Made by a program: the position numbers and the translations under genes | Assembly: GCF_964213995.1 (NCBI RefSeq) | Contig: NC_135813.1 | Coordinates: forward strand, 72,912,001-72,976,000 | Source: Mustelus asterias | Taxonomy: Eukaryota | DNA: 64,000 bases | Direction of reading: 5' to 3' | Shown here: positions 23,317-35,019 of the stretch, piece after piece | How the letters are laid out: each line of letters begins with the position of its first letter | Numbering within the stretch: position 1 is the stretch's first letter | The notes under the pieces: model-generated | Databases searched by the model: none | The model's input: only the letters and a program-made list of their open reading frames with translations | What the model was told of the DNA's origin: nothing

Positions 23317-24270
23317 TTGGACACATGCATCTCCATTAAGGACGGTCACCTCAGCACCTCACTGTACCGCAAGCCCATGGATAACCTCACGATGCTCCAC
23401 TTCTCCAGCTTCCACCCTAAACACGTTAAAGAAGCCATCCCCTACGGACAAGCCCTCCGTATACACAGGATCTGCTCGGATGAGGAGGATCGCAACAGAC
23501 ACCTCCAGACGCTGAAAGATGCCCTCATAAGAACAGGATATGGCGCTCGACTCATTGATCAACAGTTCCAACGCGCCACAGCGAAAAACCGCACCGACCT
23601 CCTCAGAAGACAAACACGGGACACAGTGGACAGAGTACCCTTCGTTGTCCAGTACTTCCCCGGAGCGGAGAAGCTACGGCATCTCCTCTGGAGCCTTCAA
23701 CATGTCATTGATGAAGATGAACATCTCGCCAAGGCCATCCCCACACCCCCACTTCTTGCCTTCAAACAACCGCACAACCTCAAACAGACCATTGTCCGCA
23801 GCAAACTACCCAGCCTTCAGGAAAACAGTGACCATGACACCACACAACCCTGCCACAGCAACCTCTGCAAGACGTGCTGGATCATCGACACAGATGCCAT
23901 CATCTCACGTGAGAACACCATCCACCAGGTACACGGTACATACTCTTGCAACTCGGCCAATGTTGTCTACCTGATACGCTGCAAGAAAGGATGTCCCGAG
24001 GCATGGTACATTGGGGAAACTATGCAGACGCTGCGACAACGGATGAATGAACACCGCTCGACAATCACCAGGCAAGACTGTTCTCTTCCTGTTGGGGAGC
24101 ACTTCAGCGGTCACGGGCATTCGGCCTCTGATATTTGGGTAAGCGTTCTCCAAGGCGGCCTTTGCGACACACGACGGCGCAGAGTCGCTGAGCAGAAACT
24201 GATAGCCAAGTTCCGCACACACGAGGACGGCCTCAACCGGGATATTGGGTTCATGTCACACTATTTGTAA
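23317..24270 (+). CDS. Penelope-like polyprotein C-terminal part (RT thumb, CCHH Zn motif, GIY-YIG endonuclease); 5'-truncated, no true start
   Basis: FLD...TSLYRKP, SSFHP, PCHSNLCKTC, VVYLIRCKKGCPEAWYIGET, RMNEH, VGEHF, DGLN; no stop codons over 317 codons. Confidence 0.9.
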   Translation: MDTCISIKDGHLSTSLYRKPMDNLTMLHFSSFHPKHVKEAIPYGQALRIHRICSDEEDRNRHLQTLKDALIRTGYGARLIDQQFQRATAKNRTDLLRRQTRDTVDRVPFVVQYFPGAEKLRHLLWSLQHVIDEDEHLAKAIPTPPLLAFKQPHNLKQTIVRSKLPSLQENSDHDTTQPCHSNLCKTCWIIDTDAIISRENTIHQVHGTYSCNSANVVYLIRCKKGCPEAWYIGETMQTLRQRMNEHRSTITRQDCSLPVGEHFSGHGHSASDIWVSVLQGGLCDTRRRRVAEQKLIAKFRTHEDGLNRDIGFMSHYL

Positions 24271-24383
24271 TCCCCACAGAGTTTCACTGGCTGTCTTGTC
24301 TGGAGACATAGAACATAGAAAGCCACAGCACAAACAGGCCCTTCGGCCCACAGGTTGCGCCGATCACATCCCCACCTCTAGGC

Positions 24384-27196
24384 CTATCTATAGCCCTCAA
24401 TCCCATTAAATCCCATGTACTCATCCAGAAGTCTCTTAAAAGACCCCAACGAGTTTGCCTCCACCACCACCGACGTCAGCCGATTCCACTCACCCACCAC
24501 CCTCTGAGTGAAAAACTTACCCCTGACATCTCCTCTGTACCTACCCCCCAGCACCTTAAACCTGTGTCCTCTCGTAGCAACCATTTCAGCCCTTGGAAAT
24601 AGCCTCTGAGAGTCTACCCTATCCAGACCTCTCAACATCTTGTAAACCTCTATCAGGTCACCTCTCATCCTTCGTCTCTCCAGGGAGAAGAGACCAAGCT
24701 CCCTCAACCTATCCTCATAAGGCATGCCCCCCAATCCAGGCAACATCCTTGTAAATCTCCTCTGCACCCTTTCAATGGCTTCAACATCTTTCCTGTAATG
24801 AGGTGACCAGAACTGCGCGCAGTACTCCAAGTGGGGTCTAACCAGGGTCCTATAAAGCTGCAGCATTATCTCCCGACTCCTAAACTCAATCCCTCGATTA
24901 ATGAAGGCCAGTACGCCGTACGCCTTCTTGACCGCATCCTCCACCTGCGAGGCCGATTTAAGAGTCCTATGGACCCGGACCCCAAGGTCCTTCTGATCCT
25001 CTACACTGCTAAGAATGGTACCCTTCATATTATATTGCTGCTTCATCCCATTGGATCTGCCAAAATGGATCACCACACACTTATCCGGGTTGAAGTCCAT
25101 CTGCCACTTCTCCGCCCAGTCTTGCATTCTATCTATGTCTCGCTGCAACTTCTGACATCCCTCCAAACTATCCACAACACCACCTACCTTGGTGTCGTCA
25201 GCAAACTTACCAACCCATCCCTCCACTTCCTCATCCAGGTCATTTATGAAAATGACAAACAGCAAGGGTCCCAGAACAGATCCCTGGGGCACTCCACTGG
25301 TCACTGACCGCCATGCAGAGAAAGACCCCTCCACAGCCACTCTCTGCCTTCTGCAGGCAAGCCAGTTCTGGATCCACAAGGCAACAGCCCCTTGGATCCC
25401 ATGCCCTCTCACTTTCTCAAGAAGTCTTGCATGGGGGACCTTATCGAACGCCTTGCTGAAGTCCATATAGACCACATCCACCGCTCTTCCTTCGTCAATG
25501 TGTTTGGTCACATTTTCAAAGAACTCAACCAGGCTCGTAAGGCACGACCTGCCCTTGACAAAGCCGTGCTGACTACTTTTGATCATACTAAACTTCTCTA
25601 GATGATCATAAATCCTGTCTCTCAGGATCCTCTCCATCAACTTACCAACCACTGAGGTTAGACTCACCGGTCGGTAATTTCCCGGGCTGTCCCTGTTCCC
25701 TTTCTTGAATATAGGGACCACATCTGCAATCCTCCAATCCTCCGGAACCTCTCCCGTCTCCATCGACGATGCAAAGATCATCGCCAAAGGCTCCGCAATC
25801 TCCTCCCTCGCCTCCCACAGTAACCTGGGGTACATCCCATCCGGTCCCGGCGACTTACCAACCTTGATGCCATTCAATAGTTCCAACACATCCTCTTTCT
25901 TTATGTCCACATGCTCGATCCTTTCTGTCCACCGCAAACCAGCAGTACAACCACCCAGATCCCTTTCCACCGTGAATACCGAGGTAAAGTATTCATTAAG
26001 CAGCTCCGCCATTTCTAACGGTTCCGCACAAACTTTTCCCCCTTCACCTTTTAAGGGTCCTATGCCTTCACATCTCATCCTTTTACTCTTGACATATTTG
26101 TAGAAAGCCTTGGGGTTCTCCTTAATCTTACCCGCCAAGGCCTTCTCATGACCCCTTCTCGCTCTCCTAATTTCCTTCTTAAGCTCCTTCCTACATCCCG
26201 TATACTCCTCTAAATCCTTAACACCTCCTAGCTCTCTGAACCTTCTGTACGCCTCTCTTTTCTTATTCACCAGGTTCATCACAACCTTCGTGCACCACGG
26301 TTCCCGTACCCTACCAACACCCCCCTGTCTCATCGGAACGTTGTCATGTAGAGCTCCAGACAAACATTCCTTGAAAATCCTCCACTTTCCTTCGGTACTT
26401 TTCCCCAAGAATGCCTCCTTCCAATTTACCCGTCTAATTTCCTCCCTGATGACACTGTATTTCCCTTTACTCCAGAGAAACACTTTCCTAGCCTGCCTGA
26501 TCCTATCTCTTTCCAATGCTATCATGAAGGAGATAGAATTATGATCGCTATCCCCAAGATGCTCACCCACCGAGAGATCCTCCACCTGTCCAGGTTCATT
26601 AGCCAGCACCAGATCAAGTACAGCCTCTCCTCTAGTAGGCTTATCCACATACTGTGTCAGGAAACTCTCCTGGACACACCTAACAAACTCCTCTCCATCC
26701 AAACCCCTAGCCCTAGGGATATTCCAATCTATGTTTGGGAAATTAAAATCTCCCATCACGACAACTCTGTTATTCCTACATCTCTCCAGGATCTGTTTCC
26801 CCATCTGCTCCTCAACATCTCTGTTACTATTGGGCGGCCTATAGAAAACACCCAGCAACGTTACCGACCCCTTCCTGTTCCTAACCTCCACCCACAGAGA
26901 CTCCGTCGTCAATCCCTCCACGGCGTCCACCTTCTCTACAGCCGTGACACTATCCCTGATCAACAGTGCCACCCCCCCCCTCTCTTGCCTCCCTCCCTGT
27001 CCTTCCTGAAACATCTAAAACCCGGCACCTGAAGCACCCAGTCCTGTCCCTGAGACATCCAAGTCTCCGTAATGGCCACCACATCACAATTCGAAGCAGC
27101 AATCCACGCTCTAAGCTCATCCACTTTATTCACTACACTCCTGGCATTAAAATAGACACATCTCAGACCTTCAGCCTGAGCACTTCCCTTCTCCAT
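24384..27196 (-). CDS. CR1 ORF2 APE endonuclease-reverse transcriptase, one frameshift at the G9 run 26972-26980
   Basis: EN motifs FNARS, ITETW (upstream frame), GDFN, SDH; RT motifs YRPVSLTS, DFSKAFDKV, GVPQGSVLGP, FADD; adding one G joins KRGGG to VALLIR. Confidence 0.93.
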
Positions 27197-27300
27197 CACT
27201 CGTCTAACCTCCCTCTTACCCTGTTTACATTCCTTATCTATTTGCGAGCTAACCTCCTCGCTCTCAGTCCCCTCATTTCGATTCCCTCCCCCCAACCTTT

Positions 27301-28218
27301 CTAGTTTAAAGTCTCTCCAGTAGCCTTAGCCAACCTTCCCGCCAGGATATTGGTCCCCCTGGGATTCAAGTGCCACCCGTCTTTTTTAAACAGGTCACAC
27401 CTGCCCCAAAAGACGTCCCAATGATCCAAGTACCCAAATCCTTGTCCCTTGCTCCAGTCCCTCAGCCACGCATTCATTCTCCACCGATTCCTGTTCTCAC
27501 TCTCCCGCGGCACAGGCAGCAATCCCGAGATTACTACCTTTGCATTCCTCTTTCTCAGCTGTCTACCTAACTCCCTATATTCTCTTTTCATGACCCCTTC
27601 CCTCTTCCTACCTATGTCAGCAGTACCTATATGCATCACGACCTTCGGCTCCTCTCCCTCCCCCTTCAGGATTTCTGGGACTCGACCAGAGACATCCCGG
27701 ACCCCTGCACCAGGGAGGCAAACCACCATCCGAGAGTCCCGTCTTTGTCCGCAAAAACGCCTATCTGACCCACTCACCGTAGAGTCCCCAATTAGCACTA
27801 CCCTCCTTTCCTTACCCTTTTGCACTACTGGGCCAGGCTCAGCTCCAGAGACACTGCCACCGCTGCTTCCCCCAGGTGGGCTGTCCACCCCAGTAGTACT
27901 CAGACAGGAGTACTTATTATTAAGGGGCACATCCACCGGGGTGCTCACCATCAACTGAGTTTTCTCCTTCCTCACTGTTACCCAGTTACCTTCCTCCCGT
28001 GGTCCCGGTGTGACCACCTGCCGATAGCTCCTGTCAATGACCTCCTCACTATCCCTAACCCGGCGAAGGTCCTCGAGCTGCAATTCCAGTTCCCTAACAT
28101 GGTCCCTTAGGAACCGCAGCTCAACACACCCAGCACAGATATGGTCGTCCGGGAGGCTAGGAGCCTCCAGGACCTCCCACATCCTACATTGGGAACAACA
28201 TACTGGCCTCACACTCAT
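27301..28218 (-). CDS. CR1 ORF1: Zn finger, leucine-zipper coiled coil, SGNH esterase domain
   Basis: CSQC...CAGC, heptad LRDHVRELELQLEDL, blocks LIGDS, PGAG, HIGTAD, DGWH; first ATG at 28218. Confidence 0.9.
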   Translation of the reverse strand: MSVRPVCCSQCRMWEVLEAPSLPDDHICAGCVELRFLRDHVRELELQLEDLRRVRDSEEVIDRSYRQVVTPGPREEGNWVTVRKEKTQLMVSTPVDVPLNNKYSCLSTTGVDSPPGGSSGGSVSGAEPGPVVQKGKERRVVLIGDSTVSGSDRRFCGQRRDSRMVVCLPGAGVRDVSGRVPEILKGEGEEPKVVMHIGTADIGRKREGVMKREYRELGRQLRKRNAKVVISGLLPVPRESENRNRWRMNAWLRDWSKGQGFGYLDHWDVFWGRCDLFKKDGWHLNPRGTNILAGRLAKATGETLN

Positions 28219-28723
28219 AATTGCCCCTTTAAACACACAGGGAAAAAAAAGTGAATGAAAATTTTAAACTTACCTTTCCTCCTCCTGTTTTCTCCAAAGC
28301 CCTGCTCTCACTGGGTCTTTTTTTTTAGGTTAGAGGAGGAGGGAGGGTGGGATACTCTACAAGTGTAGAGTATCGGGATTCCTCTCTGTTCCAATTTATT
28401 GGGGAAAAAAAAAAATCTCTCTCTCCCAGACCTCCCTGCGCGACCACTTCCGGGTTTAGATATTTTTAAAGAAAAAACCCGCGAAAAAGTAAGTTAAAAA
28501 TAACAGCGCTTACCCGCAGCACTCCTCTCGCGAATCTCTCCCTCTCTGCTGCACTTCCAAGACGCAATGAGACAATACACATCTTTTTAGCCTGTCTTGA
28601 TGCTCTCTCCACTCACATTGTTTTGTTTCTTAAAGATTTGATTAGTTGTAAGTATTCGCATTCCAACCATTATTCATGTAAATTGAGTTTGTGTCTTTAT
28701 ATGCTCTGTTTGTGAACAGAATT

Positions 28724-28769
28724 CCCACTCACCTGAAGAAGGGGCTTGCAGCTCCGAAAGCTTGTGTGG
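28724..28769 (+). ncRNA. minimal type I hammerhead ribozyme in the Penelope 3' end (pLTR)
   Basis: CUGAAGA (28733-28739), extra A, stem II GGGGC/GCUCC, GAAA (28756-28759), palindromic AAGCUU stem III, stem I CAC/GUG. Confidence 0.8.
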
Positions 28770-29129
28770 CTTTTGCTACCAAATAAACCTGTTGGACTTT
28801 AACCTGGTGTTGTTAAACTTCTTACTGTGTTTACCCCAGTCCAACGCCGGCATCTCCACATCCAATCTAAATGCCAGCTTTGGTTGCGGTGGGAGTTGGG
28901 GCGGGGGGAGGAGGGATGGGGTGAACGCTGGCTCCAATTGGGAGTGGCAGGTGGAGGGCAGCCCCTGAGACCACCGTGGTGGGTCATTGTTTGGTCTGAT
29001 CGGGGCGCTATTTAAACATGGCACCATGATCTTGGTGCAGCCGAGCTTTGCCGACATATTTCGCCCACCTTCCCCGCCTCCACCCCACCCCCCACTGCCC
29101 TCACACCCACCCCCTACCTGACAGCGTGA

Positions 29130-29600
29130 AACACGGCCAGTTGTCTCTTTGTAGCAGAGTGTGATAAGATCTGGAGAGAAAACCGTCTCGCCGGAACCAA
29201 CAGTCTGCCAGTTTTTTACAAGATTTCAGCCAATGAGTGGAAGTTTGCACTCAATGCACAGAGTGCTGGCTGAGGTGAATAAACCGGGTGTAACCCTGCA
29301 GCTGCACAGCCATGTTTCCTCTCCAGATTGTCTAGCACTCTGTGCACAAAAATCTGGGGGGTGTGGGGAGCATGGTCTTTGCCATCATGCTAATGGGACC
29401 GGGCCTGATCTACCAACAATGTCGGTTCCACAGAGATTGAGCTGCCCCAATCTGCACTGCAAAGAAACTTCTTCCCCTTCCCCCACAGAAACAATGAACC
29501 CTTCCCCACGAGCACCAAGCAAACCACACCCCCCTCCTTTAAATGGAGCTCACCAGAGGGCCCCCTTGGCACTGCCCCCTGGCAATGCCATCCTTTTCAA
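29130..29600. mobile_element. decayed fragment related to the GC-rich Harbinger-like elements
   Basis: shares CCCTTGGCACTGCCC and C-rich tracts with the 5161 and 9404 elements. Confidence 0.45.
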
Positions 29601-30992
29601 TGAAGAAACCATTCTAACACAAGAAGTTTCCATTATCAATCCATCTATCCCCACATTAAGAATGGTTGCTGCTCTGAAATAATAACTTGAACCAAATAGG
29701 GCAAAGGAGACTAACTAAATCAAACAATCAGATCCAATGTAGGTTTGTGCAGTCACCCCTTAACCAGTCATCTATCCTCAGCTGCAAATCAAGCTCAAGA
29801 TCTAACCTGTGAGAAGTGGAACATATTGAATAGCCTGACAGAATTAATAGATGTTTTGTTGGGGAAGATTTATACTATTTGCTACTTGTAACAAAACTCA
29901 ATGCACCTCCTCAATGCAAGCCTTTACAGTTTGGCTGCAAGTTAGAAAGCGTGCCTTCCCCAGTGGTATTTAATCTTCTCCTATTTGCCTTTTGCTGCAT
30001 TAGTTCAAATGTTGATTATCGAGATCATTTTATGCACTTGAATGAAGTTATTGGTCAAAGACTCCAATTGGCTGTGACTGGCAGTAACAGTGAATTAGCT
30101 GCAACACTGTTCCTTCAATGTTCAGGCCTGCGACTAAGCACCCAAATAGGTTGTTGGTCCCTGCTTTCCATGTCTGCTGTCAAGGCTCCTACATCAATTA
30201 TTAGTGGGCAGGAGTCCATAACAGGGGAAAGGAAACATCCTGCTGTGTTGGAAAAATTAAAAATATCACAGTGTCGCAAGATGCTTCTCCCCCAAAGCAA
30301 GAGGTTTTATTGTTAATATTCCATAAACATTCAGTGCTACATCAGAGATTTGAATGATTTAAGGATTAGTTTCATCATCTTAGTTAAGGATCTAAAGGTC
30401 TATTTGGCATTTACCTGCAGCTGAACTATAAAGCACGTAATTGCCCACTGTTAATGCCTTGCACAAGGCTCAGAGACACGTATAGAAAGATCATTAAATA
30501 AAATTGTACAGTAGATAGAATTTTACAATAAAAAGAGCTGTTGCCTCCGATTGCTTTGACTCACAAGTCAGGATTATCGTATATGGCTTATTAGTATCGG
30601 ATCTGCCTGCCAGCCAAGCCTGTGAAGAAACATTTTGATGAAGGATAATTTGATGTTCAGTATGCAAATAAATCTAATCTTGTAACATGTTGCTATGGGA
30701 GAGCCCCCATATGTATTATCCTTTTTCATAGAATCATATTATAGAATCCCTACAGTGCAAAACAGTTTATTCAGGTATGATTCAAGTGATCCACTAGGAA
30801 GCTTTTATCAAACAAAATTTATTTAAGAGCACACAGTTAAAATATAATAAAAAGATTTAGCATAATTTTTACCAATTACAAGAATTAAACATGACATAGT
30901 ATAACCCCTAACAGTTCGCAGTCTCTGCTGTTCCAAACATCATCCCACTGACACTCATCCTTCTTCAGATGTGGCATAGGAACAGGTATCAA

Positions 30993-31310
30993 AGAATCAT
31001 AGAATCCCTACAGTGCAGAAGGAGGCCATTCGGCCCATCAAGTCTGCACTGACCACAATCCCTATCCTCATAACCCCATGTATTTACCCTAGCTAGTCCC
31101 CCTGACACTAAGGGCCAATTTAACATGGTCAATGCACCTAATCCGCACATCTTTGTACTGTGGGAGGAAACCGGAGCACTCGGAGGAAACCCACACAGAC
31201 ACGGGGAGAACGTGCAAACTCCACGCAGACAGTGGCCCAAGCCGGGAGTTGAATCCAGGTCCATGGCGCTGTGAGGCAGCAGTGCTAATCACTGTGCCAC
31301 CGTGCCACCC
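30993..31310 (-). mobile_element. HE1-type V-SINE
   Basis: A/B boxes, V-domain, tail. Confidence 0.9.
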
Positions 31311-31458
31311 TGAGGTATGCTCAGGTGATGCTGGATTTGCAGCTTTTAACAGCTATGTGAATTGATCCTTTGAATGCTGGATCAAATCTCTGAGGCTTCC
31401 CAGTCCTGGAACTTCCAGCAAGCCTCTGAAGAGAGAGAGAGGAAGAGACAGAGACACT

Positions 31459-31586
31459 GGAGTGAATTTTCCCATTCCGCTTGCCACAGGAATCAGAGTG
31501 GGTGAGGGACAGACCATGGAAAAGTCCGATGACCTCGGGCGGGATTTTCCGGTTTTTGGGGCGAGCGCGGCCAGAAAATCCTGCTC
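31459..31586. mobile_element. 128-bp Harbinger-like MITE
   Basis: TSD ACT (31456-31458, 31587-31589); TIRs GGAGTGAATTTT / AAAATCCTGCTC. Confidence 0.8.
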
Positions 31587-33469
31587 ACTGCCTTCTTCCA
31601 CCAACTTCCAGCAGCAACTGAAAAGCGAAAGTAATTACTGGAGTTTTCTGTGGAAAGAACTGTCCCCAGGCATATCACCTGACCTGTCAATCATCCCCAA
31701 ATGAAACACCTCTCAACAATCCCCAAAGGACCATTAAACCACAGAACACTGCATTAGTCCAGATTTAAATCAGCATGATATCAATTATACAGCCTCAGCA
31801 GCAATAAAGGACACCAGTTACAGACAACATGGTTCTGGCAAAATCGTGCAAAGGAACATGATTAAAATACATTTCTTAAAGGCACAGTGTTGTCACGATG
31901 CATGAACACAGAGACATTGAAAACAATAATTCTGAGGGATGAGAGTAGCAGAACAAGAGTTTAGCAAAATTTTACTTTTGCAGCTGAATTGTAAAAAAAG
32001 ATACATAGCTTGTTTACCAACAACTTGCATTTGGCTCCAAATTCTGTTTGGATCAGAATTACCCTTGGCTCAGAATTTCCAGATGATACATGAAAGTTGC
32101 AGATTACGCTACCTCACAGTCTAACAATCAACAATGCAACCTAAACAAAAAACAGGGACATTCAGAAGACTGGGAACCTGTTTTGGAACAAAGTAAGACA
32201 ATAAATGCTCAAGAAGTGTTTTGCAAATTGGTCCAGTTGACTTGCTGCCAAAGCCAATGAACCTGAAACCACCTAGTGGCATGCAAGGACCGCTGATTAT
32301 TAATGGCCAAAGAGCAAAATAGCATTGGATTCTAGAAACTTGGAAATAAAAAGAGAATATCCTGGAAAGCTCTCTGAAGGTCAGGCAGCACTGTTCGCAA
32401 GCAGAACTTTTCAGGATAAAGCTTCTCTGGCAGAACTTTCTAATTCTCTTCTTTCCCTTTGTGGTAAATTCCTATGTGTAGGAATTGTACACAAAAATCC
32501 ATTCGCTGTTATTGCAGACCATAACATGTTGGTGTTCCAAGCATTAAATCACCTAAAAAGGAAAAACCTTACAGAACATTCTAAAATTAGTCATCGCAGG
32601 AAAATACACGTTCATCGTTTTTGGTCCAGGTTTGTAATAAAAGCAGGCAAATCAGACCGCCCACTAATCGAACACATGGATTACAGATTGTGCACCAGTT
32701 GCGATAGTTCATCCACGTATTGCCTCATTATTCACCTCCTGTTGCGATGCTGTGCTCAGCCAAATCCTTCTGAACACCTTCACACGAAACAACAATTCTC
32801 AACTTGTCCAATTCACGCAATCTAACTGTACGCTACACAACTGATCCCTTCATAACTGGGCACTGACTCATTCCTGGGATCTCCTCGGCTCAAGGAATCC
32901 TGGATCATGCCGCTTCTTCAATTAAAGGCTTTTTGACAGAGGAGGGAATATATTCAAACCAGCTGTATGCAATTTTTCCCACATATGAAAGAAACAAGGT
33001 TGTGCTTGATGGAAATTGCATCATTGTGTCATTGTGGATATCAAATGCAGGAAAGCAGTTTACCAAACCATTTTCTATGAAGGCGATGACCCTTTGTAAT
33101 CATTTGCACTTTATTTTTTGTACGTACAAAGGTATCTAGCTCATTTTTCCTCCGTTCTCCATTAAGAAATACTGAGATAGGTTTGTAACATTGTAACCAT
33201 TTTCACAAGGGGCGGAATTTACTGGTGGTGATCTGGGTCCCACCCACTGGTTGGAGAACCATTGCCTTTCTGCGGGAGGCCCAACGCTATTCCAAAGTAA
33301 GCAAGGCATTGACCTCTGCGGTATCGGCAGCACCACCGGGAAGCAGTGGCCGCTGATGGTTTTGCAGTAGGACTGCATCGGAAGTGTGCAGGTACGGCAC
33401 GGACACCATTCTATACTAAGAAGTTTCAAGCAGCTGATACCTGGGATGGGGGTGGAGGGTGTGGGGTTA

Positions 33470-33633
33470 TCATAGAATCTCTATGGTACAGAAGGAAGCC
33501 ACTTGGCCCATTGTGTCTGCACCGACAACAATCGCACTCAGGCCCTATCCCCGTAACCCCATGTATTTACCTCACTAATCCCCCTGACACTAAGGGGCAA
33601 TTTAACATGGCCAGTCAACCTAACCTGCACATC
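33470..33633 (-). mobile_element. 5'-truncated HE1 SINE
   Basis: 3' half only. Confidence 0.8.
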
Positions 33634-33644
33634 TTGCCTATCAT

Positions 33645-34922
33645 ATGAGTAAAGATTAGGTAGGCTGGGCTTATATCCAGTGGAGTTCAGAAAATCGAGA
33701 GGTAACCTTATTGAAACAGATAAAAGTCTGAGCCAGAGTGGATGCCGAATGTTTCCCCTTGTGGGAGTGACTAGAACTAGGGGGTACTGTTTAAAAATAA
33801 GTGATCTTCCATATAAGACAGAGATGAGACAAAATTTATTCTCTGATAGGGTCATGACTCTTTGGAAATTTGGAAGGTGATGAATGGCAGATGGAGTTTA
33901 ATTTAGATAAATGCGACGTGATGCATTTTGATAGATCGACTGGGCAGGACCTTCTCAGTTAATCGTAGGGCATTGGGGAGAGCTATGGAACAAAGATATC
34001 TAGGAGTACAGGTTCATAGCTCTATGAAAGTGGAGTCACAGGTGGACAGGGTGGTGAAAAAGGCATTTGGCATGCTTGGTTTCATTGGTCAGAACATTGA
34101 ATACAGGAGTTGGGATATCTTGTTGAACTTGTACAAGACATTGGTAAGGCCACACATGGAATGCTGTACACAGTTCTGGTCACCCTATTATAGAAAGGCA
34201 TTATTAAACTAGAAAGATGCAGAAAAGATTTACTAGGATGCTACTGGGACTTGATGGTTTGAGTTATAAGGAGAGGCTGGGTAGACTGGGACTTCTTTCT
34301 CTGGAGCGTAGGAGGCTTAGGGGTGATCTTATGGAGGTCTATAAAATAATGAGGGGCTTAGATAAGGTAGATAGTCAACATCTTTTCCCAAAGGTAGGGG
34401 AGTCTAAAACTAGAGGGCAATAGGTTTAAGGTGAGAGGGGAGAGATACAAAAGGGTCCAGAGGTGCACATTTTTCACTCAGAGGAAGGTGAGTGTCTGGA
34501 ACGAGCTGCCAGAGGTAGTAGTAGAATCGGGTACAATTTTGTATTTTAAAAAGCATTTAGACAGTTACATGGGTAAGATGGGTATAGAAGGATATGGGCC
34601 AAATGCAGGGAATTGGGACTAGCTTAATGGTAAAAACTGGCGGCATGGACAAGTTGGGGCGAAGGGCCTGTTTCCATGCTGTAAATCTTTATGATTCTAT
34701 GACTCTAAGTTGGAACTTGAAGAGCACTGGAGGCAGAGCCGATGAATATTTTTAAGGCTGAGTTAAATAGATTCTTGACTAACAAGCGAGTCAAAGGTAA
34801 TTGGTGGTAGGCAGAACGTGGAATTGAGATCATGATCAGAGCAGCCATGAGCTTATTGAATGGTGCAGCAGGCTCAAGGAGCTGAAAGGCCTATTCCTGC
34901 TCTGAATTCATATGCTCATATG
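33645..34922 (+). mobile_element. old CR1 3' fragment split by a younger CR1 fragment (~33880-34708)
   Basis: EFRKSRGNLIE before the insert, 3'UTR after it; inner copy has LYKTLVRPHMECCTQFWSP and its own TTCTATGA tail. Confidence 0.8.
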
Positions 34923-35019
34923 TACATCCAAAATGGTGTCTGTTGCCTGAAAATGCAGACATTACAGAGCAAAGTTGGGGGCCACAGGCTTGGTTTGAAC
35001 TTAAGCCTTTCTCTGTAAG

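Larger units (their letters stand above)
24309..28568 (-). mobile_element. full-length CR1 (HER1-like) LINE, 4260 bp
   Basis: 5'UTR, ORF1, ORF2, short 3'UTR with (TTCTATG)n tail, TSD GAGACA (24303-24308, 28569-28574). Confidence 0.95.
23297..28860 (+). mobile_element. 5'-truncated Penelope-like retroelement (body 23297-24308 plus 28575-28860)
   Basis: RT end plus GIY-YIG ORF, 3' hammerhead and AATAAA, flanking duplication TCCAATCT (23289-23296, 28861-28868). Confidence 0.9.
23062..29067. mobile_element. non-autonomous DNA-transposon-like element (halves 23062-23296 and 28861-29067) split by the Penelope/CR1 insertion
   Basis: imperfect TIRs GGGGCAATATTG / CATATTTCGCCC; internal palindrome GAAGTCGCAAATCTTGCCGGCGAGATCGCAACTTC. 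Confidence 0.6.
30760..31897 (-). mobile_element. solo-LTR-like repeat interrupted by a SINE and a MITE
   Basis: homology to 8350-9163. Confidence 0.55.

Noticed and set aside
26960-27014. Programmed ribosomal frameshift between the two ORF2 frames
   Set aside because: The break lies inside the endonuclease domain at a homopolymer; an indel or sequencing error is simpler.
24831-28258. Plus-strand ORFs of 60-170 aa within the CR1
   Set aside because: Antisense shadows of ORF1 and ORF2.
32325-32825. 166-aa ORF and a minus-strand acceptor-like site near 32553 (also ORFs 29879-30316 and 55023-55430)
   Set aside because: Non-ATG starts, no recognisable motifs, no consistent exon chain.
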